This document shows positions 20,459-30,928 of a stretch of 64,000 nt of DNA, piece by piece. Below the pieces are notes generated by a model. It did no database searches, had not been told where the DNA came from, and saw nothing but the letters and a program-made list of their open reading frames with translations. Each line of letters begins with the position of its first letter. Positions within the stretch are counted from its first letter, which is position 1. Origin of the DNA: an uncultured candidate division Zixibacteria bacterium (GTDB lineage Bacteria > Zixibacteria > MSB-5A5 > RBG-16-43-9); contig OY970208.1 in NCBI GenBank assembly GCA_963713865.1, positions 96,001 to 160,000 of the forward strand. Direction: 5' to 3'. The position numbers were made by a program, and so were the translations under genes.

Positions 20459-21202
20459 TTAATCTATTCCTATCTTTTTTTGTCTGAGGATTTTCCTGAG
20501 CCTCTCTAAATAAGGCTCAACCTTGTATCTATTCTGTTTCAAATAGTAGATCAGGGAGGCAGTGAAGAATTCATCCTCTTTTGAAGGTTTAACCTCCAGG
20601 TTCTTTATCTGGTAATCCAGGATGGTGAGCAGATGGTCCTTGGGTTTATAAAAATAGTCCATCAGGTCAAGCTGATAACTTAACGCTCTTTGATACCTCC
20701 CTTTAAGATCAGTTCCACCTTTATCTATAGCCCCTATCTCCTCTTTTAATTTAAGTAAAGACTCATCCAACTGCACGAAATCAACCAACCCTAAAGGCGT
20801 ATATTCCCAGCCTCTTCTTCTCAGATTCTCCCTGATAAAGGAATTTGCCTGTAGTAAGATTTTCTCTTCTCTCTGATAGAATCTTTCATCTTTACCTAAT
20901 ATCTCTTTATAGTCTCTCATCCTTTCTATACACTCGATTACCCTTTGTATGTGTGTTTTTTTAATAGATTTGGAATTAAATTCTGCCCCTTCGATTTTTA
21001 GCCAGTTCTCCAAGCCCTTAAACCTTTCTTTTATAAGCCAGTAATCCTTGCTTTTACCCAGGGCTATATCCTCCAGGCTTTCGATCTTTTGATCTAGCAC
21101 CCATTCCTCTTCCTCTTTTCTAACAGTCTTTTCTAAAAAACTATCGATTGACTTCTTAAGATTCTCCAAAACCTCTTTTAATTCCACAGGTTCATTCCTC
21201 AC
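20459..21202 (-). CDS. Hypothetical protein (charged, helical)
   Basis: 247-aa ORF overlapping the stop of the upstream gene; no recognisable motif. Confidence 0.7.
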   Translation of the reverse strand: MRNEPVELKEVLENLKKSIDSFLEKTVRKEEEEWVLDQKIESLEDIALGKSKDYWLIKERFKGLENWLKIEGAEFNSKSIKKTHIQRVIECIERMRDYKEILGKDERFYQREEKILLQANSFIRENLRRRGWEYTPLGLVDFVQLDESLLKLKEEIGAIDKGGTDLKGRYQRALSYQLDLMDYFYKPKDHLLTILDYQIKNLEVKPSKEDEFFTASLIYYLKQNRYKVEPYLERLRKILRQKKIGID

Positions 21203-21989
21203 TATATTTTTCTAAACTGCGGTTGAACTGTTCCAGGAGCTTTTCCAGCTTGTCAGTTTTCATCTCCAGACTCGGTTTTTTAACCGTTTCAATTAGCCCC
21301 GCCAGATAAAGACCTGCTAATTTTTTCAAAGTCTCGATCTTATCCGCTTTCGAATCATCCAAAATCTTTTTAATATCCCGATGACCATCCACCAAAGTTA
21401 AAAGATTCCATTCCTCAGACTTAAAACTGATATCCTTCCCCCTTTCATCCTCAGTTGGAGCCAAGCCCAGAACCGTATCAAAAGGGGGTAGTTTTTTCTT
21501 CAATCTTTCCAACTCATCTGACCTTCTAACGCTCTCTAAAATCAAATTCTCAGTGGAAATCTTTATGGTTATCTCCTCCTGAGTTGGGAATCTATTCTCA
21601 TAAAATTTGAAATTCCCTTTTTCCCATTTAAGGAGATCGTAGATCACCTCTTCCACCTGCAGACGCACCAGCTCCTCTAACTGTTTTCTGGTGATAAAAT
21701 TTTCCAGGATAAGGAGCTCCCCGATCCTTTTCTTCCCTTTAAGCTCTTTCTGTATCTGGGTAATCTTCTGTAGCTGAGCAGGAGTTATTCTCCCTTTCTT
21801 GAGGAGTAACTCTCCTAATCTGAGACGGTTATAGGGGTTATGGGCAAAGATAATGTTCCCCTCGCGGAAATAGACCATTATCACATCCTCCCCCCTTTGC
21901 ACTCCCAATGTCCCGCTTTTCCTGCAGGCGCTCAAAAGCTGAAAGATATCTGAAAGCTGAAATTTCTCTACATCACCTTGAAGTTCCAT
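21192..21989 (-). CDS. DUF4388 (PatA-N-like) domain protein
   Basis: LQGD..F.LSDIFQLL...KSGTL, RLGELLL and LL.W..G.F.F motifs. Confidence 0.85.
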   Translation of the reverse strand: MELQGDVEKFQLSDIFQLLSACRKSGTLGVQRGEDVIMVYFREGNIIFAHNPYNRLRLGELLLKKGRITPAQLQKITQIQKELKGKKRIGELLILENFITRKQLEELVRLQVEEVIYDLLKWEKGNFKFYENRFPTQEEITIKISTENLILESVRRSDELERLKKKLPPFDTVLGLAPTEDERGKDISFKSEEWNLLTLVDGHRDIKKILDDSKADKIETLKKLAGLYLAGLIETVKKPSLEMKTDKLEKLLEQFNRSLEKYSEE

Positions 21990-22136
21990 AAGTCTTATCC
22001 ACCAGTTCAAATAAAGATTTCTCAGGTAATCTATACTATTAATTCGGAAGGATAAGCGAAATCCTTAAGACCCTAAGCGATCTTAAAATCTGAAAATCTA
22101 TATAATGCATCCGAGAATATGAATTCCTGAATCAAA

Positions 22137-22238
22137 TGTCATTGCAAGGAGTCTCGCCAAAGGCGGACGACGAAGCAATCCGCTTCCGGTAGAGTAAACA
22201 GATTGCTTCGTTCCGATAAATCGGAACTCTCAATGACA
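22137..22238. repeat. Long palindromic element (TGTCATTGC...GCAATGACA type), copy 1
   Basis: tgtcattgca..gacgaagcaatc..gattgcttcgttccgataaatcggaactctcaatgaca; a near-identical copy lies at 57290-57397. Confidence 0.8.
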
Positions 22239-22358
22239 GCATAGGTATCTCCTTCTTGCCCTCTCCGAATTTGGATCCGTAGGAAAGGTGGGGTCAGAAA
22301 AAACAGAGACGCATGCTATGCGTCTCTACTAAATTAAAATCTGATTTAATATCAACAC

Positions 22359-23786
22359 TTAGAACAGCCCGAATTTTTTCATCCGGTCTCTGAGAGTATT
22401 GCGGCTCACTCCCAAAAGTTCTGAGGTCTTAACCTGGTTACCCTGGCAATACTTTAGAGAAAGATCGAAGACCGTTCTTTCCAGGGCTTCCTCTAAATGG
22501 TCGTAGATATGTCCATCCGAATTAGCCAGGATCTTGGGGAAGTTAGGCTCTAAAATCTCGGAGAAAACCTTATAGTAATCTTTTTTGATTTTTTCGAAAT
22601 CTATCTCCAGCCTTTCCCTGTTTTCGCTATGAATAGGAAAATGCTCTGGCAAAAGCAGTCCGCCTTTGCTCATCACTACTGCAGTATGAATATTATTCTC
22701 TAACTCCCGAACATTTCCAGGCCAGGGGTATTTCTGTAAAACCTTTAATCCGGAATCGGATATGCCTTCCACATTCTTACTGATTAGTCTGGCATATTTT
22801 TTAAGAAAGTACTCAGCTAAAAGTGGAATATCAGATCTCCTTTCACGCAAGGGGGGTAAATAGACCGATACCACTTTGAGCCTGTAGAAAAGGTCAACCC
22901 GGAAATTCCCCTCCTTGATACAATTTACCAGACTCTTATTAGTAGCGGCAATTATCCTCACATCAACTTTTGTGCTCTGGTTACCACCTACCCTCTCAAA
23001 TTCATGTTCCTGCAATACTCGTAAAACTTTACTCTGGGTCATCAGGCTCATATCTGCGATCTCATCCAAAAAAATAGTCCCTTTATCTCCCTGTTCAAAT
23101 TTCCCCAGTCTTCTCTGGTAAGCTCCGGTAAAAGCGCCTTTTTCAAAGCCAAAAAGCTCTGATTCCAGTAGAGCTTCTGGCAAAGCCGCACAGTTGACCG
23201 AAAGGAAAGGTTTGTCTTTTCTTAAACTATTTCGATGAATTGCCCGGGCTACTAACTCTTTGCCGGTCCCGCTTTCACCCATTACCAGAACCGATGCATC
23301 CGTGGGAGCTACCTGACCAATGAGTTTAGCTATTTCCACGATCTCTGGACTTTTCCCTACGATTAAATCTTCTTCCTCTTCTGGTTTATCTCCTTTATCA
23401 AAGCTGGATGAATCCCCTCCTCCTTTTTTCTCCTGCAGGGCTTTATCCACAACTTTGGCAAGCTTCTCCAGCTGAAAAGGCTTGGTTACAAATTCATACG
23501 CCCCCTCTTTCATGGTCTCTATTGCCGCTTCAGTGGAGATAAATCCGGTAATGACTATCACTGGAATTTTCAGTTCTTTTTCCTTCATCTCTTTCAAGAT
23601 TTCAATCCCTGACATCCCCGGTAGATTTATATCCAACAAGACTAAATCTGGTTTAAGATTATTAATGTTTTCTAATGCTTCTTTACCATCGGAAAGAGTA
23701 TGAAGTTTTAAACTCTCCGTATTAAAATAATTATTAATAGATTCACAAATCTTGGGATCGTCTTCAATTAAGAGGATTTGTTTCAT
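22359..23786 (-). CDS. Sigma54-dependent (NtrC-family) response regulator
   Basis: REC domain, GESGTGKE, GAFTGA, WPGNVREL and a Fis-type HTH. Confidence 0.95.
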   Translation of the reverse strand: MKQILLIEDDPKICESINNYFNTESLKLHTLSDGKEALENINNLKPDLVLLDINLPGMSGIEILKEMKEKELKIPVIVITGFISTEAAIETMKEGAYEFVTKPFQLEKLAKVVDKALQEKKGGGDSSSFDKGDKPEEEEDLIVGKSPEIVEIAKLIGQVAPTDASVLVMGESGTGKELVARAIHRNSLRKDKPFLSVNCAALPEALLESELFGFEKGAFTGAYQRRLGKFEQGDKGTIFLDEIADMSLMTQSKVLRVLQEHEFERVGGNQSTKVDVRIIAATNKSLVNCIKEGNFRVDLFYRLKVVSVYLPPLRERRSDIPLLAEYFLKKYARLISKNVEGISDSGLKVLQKYPWPGNVRELENNIHTAVVMSKGGLLLPEHFPIHSENRERLEIDFEKIKKDYYKVFSEILEPNFPKILANSDGHIYDHLEEALERTVFDLSLKYCQGNQVKTSELLGVSRNTLRDRMKKFGLF

Positions 23787-23888
23787 TTTATTGTATTTTC
23801 AATTTTTTTGAAAAACTCCTAATCTATTAATCGGCAAAAGGAGAAGAATCTTAAAGCAAAATGAGGTTTTTAAGAGGAGTATTATAAT

Positions 23889-23915
23889 AAAAAAAGCCCT
23901 CTACGAGGGCTTTTT
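23889..23915 (-). terminator. Intrinsic terminator after the PEP-CTERM gene
   Basis: aaaaaagccct-ctacg-agggcttttt. Confidence 0.75.
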
Positions 23916-23943
23916 AAAACAATCACTAATCACCTTTTTTGAA

Positions 23944-24573
23944 TTACTTTCTAAATCTAAACCTGGATATACCACCCAGACCCAGAAGTCCGAATCCCAA
24001 CAGAGCTAAAGTTGAAGGCTCTGGAATAGGCGGAGTAGGTGGACCAAAAGTGCCAACATAAGTATCGCCGGCATTTCCCCAATTCTCGTCGATTGGCTGG
24101 AAATGAACCTTTATATTGAGTGGATTTGTATAGGGCAGGAATCTATCCGCTGTGGGTATTGGTCCTCCACTTCTATGGAAAGTCCAGCTAAACACGCCCA
24201 TAGTATAACCCATAGCAGGCGGGGGTACACCAGGCTGACCAAAAAGCCTGTAATATCCATCTGCAGGATAAGAACCGTTACCAGTCTGAAAATCTAATCT
24301 ATGGTCAGGATGACTTCCACCCCATCCAGTTGGCGAACTCCAGTTTATATCAACCCACTCTGAAGGTGAGGCTACTCGACCATTATCCACAGTCCATTTG
24401 AATATAGCATCTCTTGCAGGTCCCATATTTGTTAAGGTAAAATCATATCTGTAGTCATTCCCTCCTAATGCTATCAGAGCTACGCTTAAATCAAAAAACT
24501 GAGCATAAGAAACTGGCATTAAAACCAATAACAAAACTATCGTACCGAGTAATCCCAGAATTTTCTTTCTCAT
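23944..24573 (-). CDS. PEP-CTERM sorting domain protein
   Basis: Signal peptide; C-terminal IPEPSTLALLGFGLLGLGG-RFRFRK. Confidence 0.95.
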   Translation of the reverse strand: MRKKILGLLGTIVLLLVLMPVSYAQFFDLSVALIALGGNDYRYDFTLTNMGPARDAIFKWTVDNGRVASPSEWVDINWSSPTGWGGSHPDHRLDFQTGNGSYPADGYYRLFGQPGVPPPAMGYTMGVFSWTFHRSGGPIPTADRFLPYTNPLNIKVHFQPIDENWGNAGDTYVGTFGPPTPPIPEPSTLALLGFGLLGLGGISRFRFRK

Positions 24574-24626
24574 TTTACCTCCTTATTTTTTTAAGGTCCA
24601 GATACATTTTTTCATCTTTTAAAAAT

Positions 24627-24643
24627 AGCAAAAGTGGTGCCAA
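24627..24643 (-). promoter_or_regulatory. Sigma54 (-24/-12) promoter of the PEP-CTERM gene
   Basis: Minus strand TTGGCACCACTTTTGCT matches the TGGCAC-N5-TTGC consensus, about 55 nt upstream of the ATG. Confidence 0.85.
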
Positions 24644-24743
24644 ATAAAAAAAATTTAAACTGTCTTATTAAGTTATTTATTTCTAAGGGGTTAAGTTGAG
24701 TAAAAGGATTTAGATTCAGAGCATTTAAAATGTCTTTTTAAAC

Positions 24744-24760
24744 TGTCCAAATCTATGACA
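24744..24760. promoter_or_regulatory. Candidate bEBP (PrsR) enhancer site TGT-N11-ACA
   Basis: TGTCCAAATCTATGACA, about 100 bp upstream of the sigma54 site. Confidence 0.55.
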
Positions 24761-24882
24761 TTGTTATCTTTCTTTTATGTTAACTATCTATCTTATAAAA
24801 GGTTATTAAATTAAAGGAAACTGGACACTTTTAGGTTTCTTTTTGGAGAAATGATGAATAAGAGAATTAATATTGTTTTATA

Positions 24883-26244
24883 CTAAATTTCTTCTTCTTT
24901 TTTAAACTTATATTTCTCGATCAATCCATAAAGGGTTGTTCTGCTAACATCTAAATATTTGGCCGCATTCGAGACGTTCCAATCATAGACGTTTAGGGCT
25001 TCCAGAATAGCCTCTTTTTCAGCATTTTCCCTTATAGTCTGCAAAGAGAGAGGTTTCTTTGATTCCTCATTTGCGCTGAAGCCGAGATCAAATGGGGTTA
25101 TCCTTTTACTCTGGCACATTATTACAGCTCTTTTGATTTTATTTTCTAACTCCCGGACATTTCCAGGCCAGCCATATTCTTTTAGCTTCAAGATACTCTT
25201 ATGACTGAAAGAAAGATTTATTTTATTGAATTCCTTTGAGAACATATTCAGCATGGCATTAGACAGAATAATCACGTCATCATCTCTATCCCTTAAAGGC
25301 GGAAGATGGATGTTAATAACACTTAACCTGTAGTAAAGGTCTTCCCGGAACTTTTTTAGCTGAACTTCCTTTTCCAATGGCTTATTAGTAGCTGCAATTA
25401 TTCTAACATTTAGGGTGATTAGCTCCTTACCCCCGACCCTTTCTATCTTATAGTCCTGTAGAAATCTCAAAATCTTTACCTGTAGAGATAAAGGAAGCTC
25501 TCCGATCTCATCTAAAAATACTGTTCCTCCATCTGCATATTCGAACTTCCCTTTTTTCTGAGCATAAGCATCAGTAAATGCACCTTTCTCATATCCAAAA
25601 AGCTCTGATTCCAATAGGGTTTCAGGGATAGCTCCGCAGTTGATAGTCACAAATGGGTTATCCCTTCTTAAGCTCTTACGATGGATAGCTTTTGCTACCA
25701 TCTCCTTGCCAGTCCCGCTCTCTCCAGTGATAAGCACAATTACATCCGTCGTCGCAATCTTTTGTATGGTTTTAAATACCTCAATCATCTTTGGACTGGT
25801 GCCGATTATATCTTCAAATATTTTTTCCTCTAATTTCTCTACAAGCTCTTTATTCTCGCGTTCCAATCGCTGGATGTGAAGAGCTCTTTTGATGATAATC
25901 TTCAGCTCATCCAAATTTATAGGCTTGGTATAGAAATCACATGCGCCTGAACTTATCGCTTTTAGTGCATTCTCCTCTTCCCCATGTCCGGTAATAACTA
26001 TCACTTTCAAAAGAGGGTCTATTTGCAGAAGGTCCTCTAGTATATCCAATCCATCTTTCTCATGTTCATAAGGGGAGAGGGCAACATCTAAAGTAACAAG
26101 ATCCGGTGTTTCCTTCCGAGCAAGCCCTAAAGCCTGTTCCGCATTCGAAGCTAAAAGGATTTCATATTCATCCTGTAATGCCCAGGAAAGCTGAGTTCTT
26201 ATCCCATCTTCATCATCGACTATAAGAATTTTCTCTTTTTCCAT
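24883..26244 (-). CDS. prsR: PEP-CTERM system response regulator (sigma54 bEBP)
   Basis: REC with QLSWAL, AAA+ with GAFTDA, and an HTH; next to a PrsK-like kinase and the PEP-CTERM gene. Confidence 0.85.
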   Translation of the reverse strand: MEKEKILIVDDEDGIRTQLSWALQDEYEILLASNAEQALGLARKETPDLVTLDVALSPYEHEKDGLDILEDLLQIDPLLKVIVITGHGEEENALKAISSGACDFYTKPINLDELKIIIKRALHIQRLERENKELVEKLEEKIFEDIIGTSPKMIEVFKTIQKIATTDVIVLITGESGTGKEMVAKAIHRKSLRRDNPFVTINCGAIPETLLESELFGYEKGAFTDAYAQKKGKFEYADGGTVFLDEIGELPLSLQVKILRFLQDYKIERVGGKELITLNVRIIAATNKPLEKEVQLKKFREDLYYRLSVINIHLPPLRDRDDDVIILSNAMLNMFSKEFNKINLSFSHKSILKLKEYGWPGNVRELENKIKRAVIMCQSKRITPFDLGFSANEESKKPLSLQTIRENAEKEAILEALNVYDWNVSNAAKYLDVSRTTLYGLIEKYKFKKEEEI

Positions 26245-26271
26245 CTATAACTTCCTCACGAATTAAACTTT

Positions 26272-28359
26272 TTACAGGGGCAGCTCTACCGTAAAAGTAG
26301 ACCCTTTGCCCTCTTCACTTTCCACCAATAACCTGCCTTTATGTAATCCCACTATCTCTCTACACTGAAAAAGACCAATCCCCAGACCTTTTTTCTTGGT
26401 AGTCTGAAAAGGCTTGAAAAGATTGTTTCTGATAAAATCTCTGGACATACCTGCCCCAGTATCTGAAACCTTCAATCGGATTAAGCCGTTTTTCTCATCC
26501 AACTCTGTTATTATAGATAAAATTCCTCCCTGAGACATGGCTTCAAATGCGTTAATTATAAGATTTTGAAAAACCCTTTCCATCTGAGACTGATCACATT
26601 TCAGCAGAGGTAGAGTTCCCAAATTCAATACCAACTTGATCTGTGTAAAATTTGAAACTTTCATCCTGTCCAGAAGATTTTTTAAAACTTTATTCAGGTC
26701 ACAGCTTTTCAAGCCTAACTTTATTCCCTCTGAAGCTGAAGAGAGTTTACTCATCAGTTTTCTCATCCTTTCAACTGTATCTGATATGGTTGCCAAAGCA
26801 CTTTTTTGAAAATCAGGATTTTTAAGCTTTTCATCCGCATTCTGTAGAAGTAACGAGAGCATAGAGACAAAGTTCTTCAGATCGTGCAGGATAAAGGATG
26901 ATAGTTTGTTGAACGATTCCATCTCCTTGGAAATTATTAGCTCCTCGCTGAGTTTTGCATTCAGTATGGCAATCGAAGATTGGTGTGCTACTCCACCTAA
27001 AAAAGAGAAATCTTCCTCGGCGAATGGCTGATTGCTTTCTTTGGCTCCTAAAAGCAAAAGTCCCACCAGATTTCTCTTGGCTATCATAGGGACGCAGAGT
27101 TCCAGCTTCAACTCCTCCAGTTGCTTCAAAAAAAGATTACCCTCTTCAGTTGAAAACTTTTTAAACCCCATCTCTTTTATTCTTACTGGTTCTCCATACC
27201 GAAAGATCCAATCCAGGAATTCCTCCTCCTTTTTCATCCTGAGGCCTAAAGAGCTTTCTTTCGGATGATAGGCTACAGAAAAATCACCCTTAGATTCAGA
27301 AAGGAGGATTACGACATTTTCACTCCGGAGGTTAGTTGAAACAACCCCTGCTACCTCTTTGAGGATCTCTTCCAAGTCCAGAAGTGAAGCGATATTCTCG
27401 CTGAACCTGGTCCATTCTGCCCGGTAATCCACTTTCCCCTTATAAAAGCCCTGATCCACAAATCTTTTTATTCTTTCCTTGATTGAGCCAGAGACAACTA
27501 ATGCAGACAGTATCACAATCACTAAAAAAGCAGCCAGAACGGATAAAAATACACTCAGGCTTCCACCATACGATTGAATCAGTTTAGCAATCAGTCCGAC
27601 TATGATTAAATACCCTCCGATCAAAATAGCCACAGTCGAGGAATAGACCACCTGTCGGGTGATTTGAATCGAAACACCCTTTTCCTTTAGATAGCGGGTT
27701 AAACTTATCGACCATAAAATGCTCAGGAACCCCTGGCTCAAAAAAGCAAATTCTGGAATCCGGACATATAGAAAACCGTAGGTGATCAAATAGATAAGCA
27801 ACAGTAAAAGGGCCAGGCTGAAGATGAAAGGGAGGGCTAACCTTTTTTTCTCTGCCTGAGTAGAGGAATGGAAGGTTTTCTCCAGATTTAAAATCGATAA
27901 GACCGCTCCCGCTAAAAGAAAGATCAGGAAAAACTTACCCTGGACACCTATGTAAAATTCAAAGTCACCGAAAATATCTTTCTGCAAAAGGATAAGTATT
28001 CCTTTATTCTGCCAGAGAAGAAAGATAATACTCAGGCAAAAAAAGAGAATGAAGGTGATCAACCCTCTTTTTAGCTCAGCTTTTGAGTCCTCCCGGCCCA
28101 GGGTGGAGGAGAAAAGTATCCAGAGCGGAGAGGTGAAAATAAGCCCGCAAGCTAAAAGATAGAAACTGAGATCTGTTTGGATTGGAGTAGTCTTCAAAGA
28201 AAGCCAGAGGAATCCTGAGAGGAAAAAGATGAATGCAAGGTTTAAAAAAAGAAATGAAGTTTTGCTGACTCCTCTGATTGATTTAAACAGAACCCAGATT
28301 TCACATCCTATCAAGACCAGAAGGGAAAGACCAATGATTATTTGAGAAAAACTAAACAT
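26272..28359 (-). CDS. prsK: PEP-CTERM system histidine kinase
   Basis: Multi-TM N-terminus, YR.EW.RF, GAF domain, FILHDLKN H-box and GLGIGL G-box. Confidence 0.85.
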   Translation of the reverse strand: MFSFSQIIIGLSLLVLIGCEIWVLFKSIRGVSKTSFLFLNLAFIFFLSGFLWLSLKTTPIQTDLSFYLLACGLIFTSPLWILFSSTLGREDSKAELKRGLITFILFFCLSIIFLLWQNKGILILLQKDIFGDFEFYIGVQGKFFLIFLLAGAVLSILNLEKTFHSSTQAEKKRLALPFIFSLALLLLLIYLITYGFLYVRIPEFAFLSQGFLSILWSISLTRYLKEKGVSIQITRQVVYSSTVAILIGGYLIIVGLIAKLIQSYGGSLSVFLSVLAAFLVIVILSALVVSGSIKERIKRFVDQGFYKGKVDYRAEWTRFSENIASLLDLEEILKEVAGVVSTNLRSENVVILLSESKGDFSVAYHPKESSLGLRMKKEEEFLDWIFRYGEPVRIKEMGFKKFSTEEGNLFLKQLEELKLELCVPMIAKRNLVGLLLLGAKESNQPFAEEDFSFLGGVAHQSSIAILNAKLSEELIISKEMESFNKLSSFILHDLKNFVSMLSLLLQNADEKLKNPDFQKSALATISDTVERMRKLMSKLSSASEGIKLGLKSCDLNKVLKNLLDRMKVSNFTQIKLVLNLGTLPLLKCDQSQMERVFQNLIINAFEAMSQGGILSIITELDEKNGLIRLKVSDTGAGMSRDFIRNNLFKPFQTTKKKGLGIGLFQCREIVGLHKGRLLVESEEGKGSTFTVELPL

Positions 28360-28432
28360 TGAAACCTTTCAAAATCTACACCCCTTATATAACTTTCGTC
28401 AAAGATTTTTTCCACTTGAGATTAAAAACCTT

Positions 28433-29275
28433 TTAATCCATCCCCTGGTCATAAAGATAGAATCGGGTGAGGGTGGAGATGAGGATATAGTTGGCAAGCA
28501 TAGAGACGAAAATTTCTAAAACCAGAATCAAAAAGACAATCTCCGGATTGAACTTGGAGATAAGGAGAGCCGCTCTTCGGTTTAAAAAGGCGAAAGGAAA
28601 AGTTAAAAGATTGGGCAGTAATACAAAAAAATAGGTGCTGAAGAAATTCCTTTTAAAGATGGAGATGCTCAAACCTAAAGCGGAGATGATATTTCTCCCG
28701 CTTAAAACTATCGCGGAGATGGTAAAGGCAAAAAGCCCGTAAAAAATTACACCTGATCCCAGACTAAAAAGTTCGAAAGCTAACTCCCTTTTAAAGCTGC
28801 CGCTCAAAAATTCCTTACCCACCCTTGAAATTAAAAAGAACCAGCCTATAAGAACTATAATCTCTATCGCCCATATTCCTAACAATAAAAGATATTTGGA
28901 AAAAGCAACCTTTATCCCTTCGGTAAGTTTGACCCGGTTATCAGGCAGAAAATAAGAGAAGAAAAGATAAGTCCCCCAGCCAATGGTAAAACTGCCGATG
29001 ATACCGCTCAACAAAAGATTAGCTCTGGAAAAAATCTTAGGCAAAAAAAGGAAATAGACGGGATAATGCAGAGCAAACTCTCCGATAAACTTTTTAATTA
29101 GAGGAATAAAGGTCAACGAAAGTAAAGGAGAATAGAAATTGACTAGAGCTAAAAGCAAAAGTATCTGAATTAAAGCATATAAAACGAAAGGTAACCAGAG
29201 TAAAGGTTTTTTAAAGGACCTTAATCCAGCCACATATACGGAGAAGAATAAATTTATTTTCTCTAAAATGTTCAT
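28433..29275 (-). CDS. Hypothetical multi-pass membrane protein
   Basis: About six hydrophobic segments. Confidence 0.75.
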   Translation of the reverse strand: MNILEKINLFFSVYVAGLRSFKKPLLWLPFVLYALIQILLLLALVNFYSPLLSLTFIPLIKKFIGEFALHYPVYFLFLPKIFSRANLLLSGIIGSFTIGWGTYLFFSYFLPDNRVKLTEGIKVAFSKYLLLLGIWAIEIIVLIGWFFLISRVGKEFLSGSFKRELAFELFSLGSGVIFYGLFAFTISAIVLSGRNIISALGLSISIFKRNFFSTYFFVLLPNLLTFPFAFLNRRAALLISKFNPEIVFLILVLEIFVSMLANYILISTLTRFYLYDQGMD

Positions 29276-29378
29276 TTTAGTTCCTATAAATGAAGACTAT
29301 AATCCAGCCCGTATCCACGAATCCGTTCCCGAACCTCTGGACATCTGGTAGCCATCTCAGAAGAAAAGATTTTATTTA

Positions 29379-30917
29379 TTAGGGCCAGCAGACCAGATCA
29401 GAAGGATCTGAGACCAGCCCTTCCTGATCATATACTACTATATAATAACAATACTTAGCTCTAATTTTAAGCTGGGAATCATTATAGCTGGTGGTAGATT
29501 GCTGGCTGATGATAGATACGCTGATAGTATCTGTTACTCCCAGGGTTGTGTCCACTCTAAAAATCTGATAGAAATCGAAATCGAGATCATGGTTTTGAGA
29601 CCAGGAAACCCTCAAAGTTATGCTATCCACAGCAGATAAAGACGCTGTAACTTTTGCGGGAGGTTTATTTTCTAAGGTTGTGCCACTTTCTACATTGCTC
29701 CCGCTTGAAAGACCGGATTGGTCATAGACATAGACCTTATAATAATAGGTGGTTCCAGAAAAAAGTCCGGTATCAGTAAAACTTGTAGTAGTACTAGAAA
29801 GAATTGTATTTACGAGAAGAGAATCATTGCTCACCAAACTCGTTTTCCCTCGATAAATCCGATAAGAATAAAAATCGTTATCCTGATTCTTTGTCCAGTA
29901 GATAGTTAATTCAGATTGAGTAGAAGAGGAAAGAGGAAAAAGGAAAACCGCAGTTGGAGGGGATTGAATAGTAACTTTACCCGGAGCAGTAAATGTGGGT
30001 GCCTGATTACCGGCCTCGTCTTTAAAATGGCCTGTAACCAGAGCATCTTCCATCTCTGAATTCAAGGGGATAAGATAATCCAGCTCATATACCCCATCTT
30101 CAGAAGTCTGGTCTCCATTAGTCCCGTCATCATACAGTTTTATATTGGTAGAACTTCCTAAATCAATTTTGGCTTCCCCTGATGTTTCTCCACTTTCTAA
30201 TCTGAAATGGATAACCTCACCCGGGTTTTTAGGTTCACCCTGTGTATCCTCAGTCAAGCTCAAAATCTGAGCCTGCATATCCAGAATGATTTTGTCCTGA
30301 TAGAAGCTGACCGATTCGTTCCCATCCTGGTCTTTATATTTGACATAGACCACCTTCTCACCATCCCCTGATTCTAAAACCCAGCTTCTTGTAGTTGAGA
30401 AATTTTCCCAGGAGGAGTTTGAAAAAACCGAATCATTTCCCAAGAGCATATAGGAGGTAATATTTGGAGCAATCAATCTCAAACTGACATTTAGGGAATT
30501 AGTTAGCTTACGGTTTTCATTGATGATTATGCCATATAAATTGGGCTTGGCTGAGACGATTTTGGATTTATACCCTTCAAACCCTTTTTTATCTAAAGCA
30601 GAGATCTGATAAAAATACTCCTGACCATTTTTTACTGACCGGTCGGCGTATTGAGCAACCAAAGTAGAATCGTATAGTGATGGCGTAGCTCCACTTGAAT
30701 CTGCTCGATAGATTTTATATCCACCTATTTTCGAGGTATCATCTATCTGCCAGAAGAGATCGATCCTCTGATCACCTACCTTTAAAATGATCTCCCTGGG
30801 AGTCGGGGGTATGAAGAAATCCTCATCCGGGCTGGTAGGGCTTTTTATCTTTCTTTCGCACCCGTTTATTAAGATTAAAAAGGGAAGCAAAAGAAGAATC
30901 GCAATTTTTCCCTTCAT
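29379..30917 (-). CDS. Lipoprotein with fibronectin type III domains
   Basis: Lipobox-like LINGC; repeated W...Y.IYR...Y.Y.V.. FN3 patterns; LYDDGTNGD..DGVY loop (choice-of-anchor X-like). Confidence 0.8.
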   Translation of the reverse strand: MKGKIAILLLLPFLILINGCERKIKSPTSPDEDFFIPPTPREIILKVGDQRIDLFWQIDDTSKIGGYKIYRADSSGATPSLYDSTLVAQYADRSVKNGQEYFYQISALDKKGFEGYKSKIVSAKPNLYGIIINENRKLTNSLNVSLRLIAPNITSYMLLGNDSVFSNSSWENFSTTRSWVLESGDGEKVVYVKYKDQDGNESVSFYQDKIILDMQAQILSLTEDTQGEPKNPGEVIHFRLESGETSGEAKIDLGSSTNIKLYDDGTNGDQTSEDGVYELDYLIPLNSEMEDALVTGHFKDEAGNQAPTFTAPGKVTIQSPPTAVFLFPLSSSTQSELTIYWTKNQDNDFYSYRIYRGKTSLVSNDSLLVNTILSSTTTSFTDTGLFSGTTYYYKVYVYDQSGLSSGSNVESGTTLENKPPAKVTASLSAVDSITLRVSWSQNHDLDFDFYQIFRVDTTLGVTDTISVSIISQQSTTSYNDSQLKIRAKYCYYIVVYDQEGLVSDPSDLVCWP

Positions 30918-30928
30918 TTTTTTCTCCT

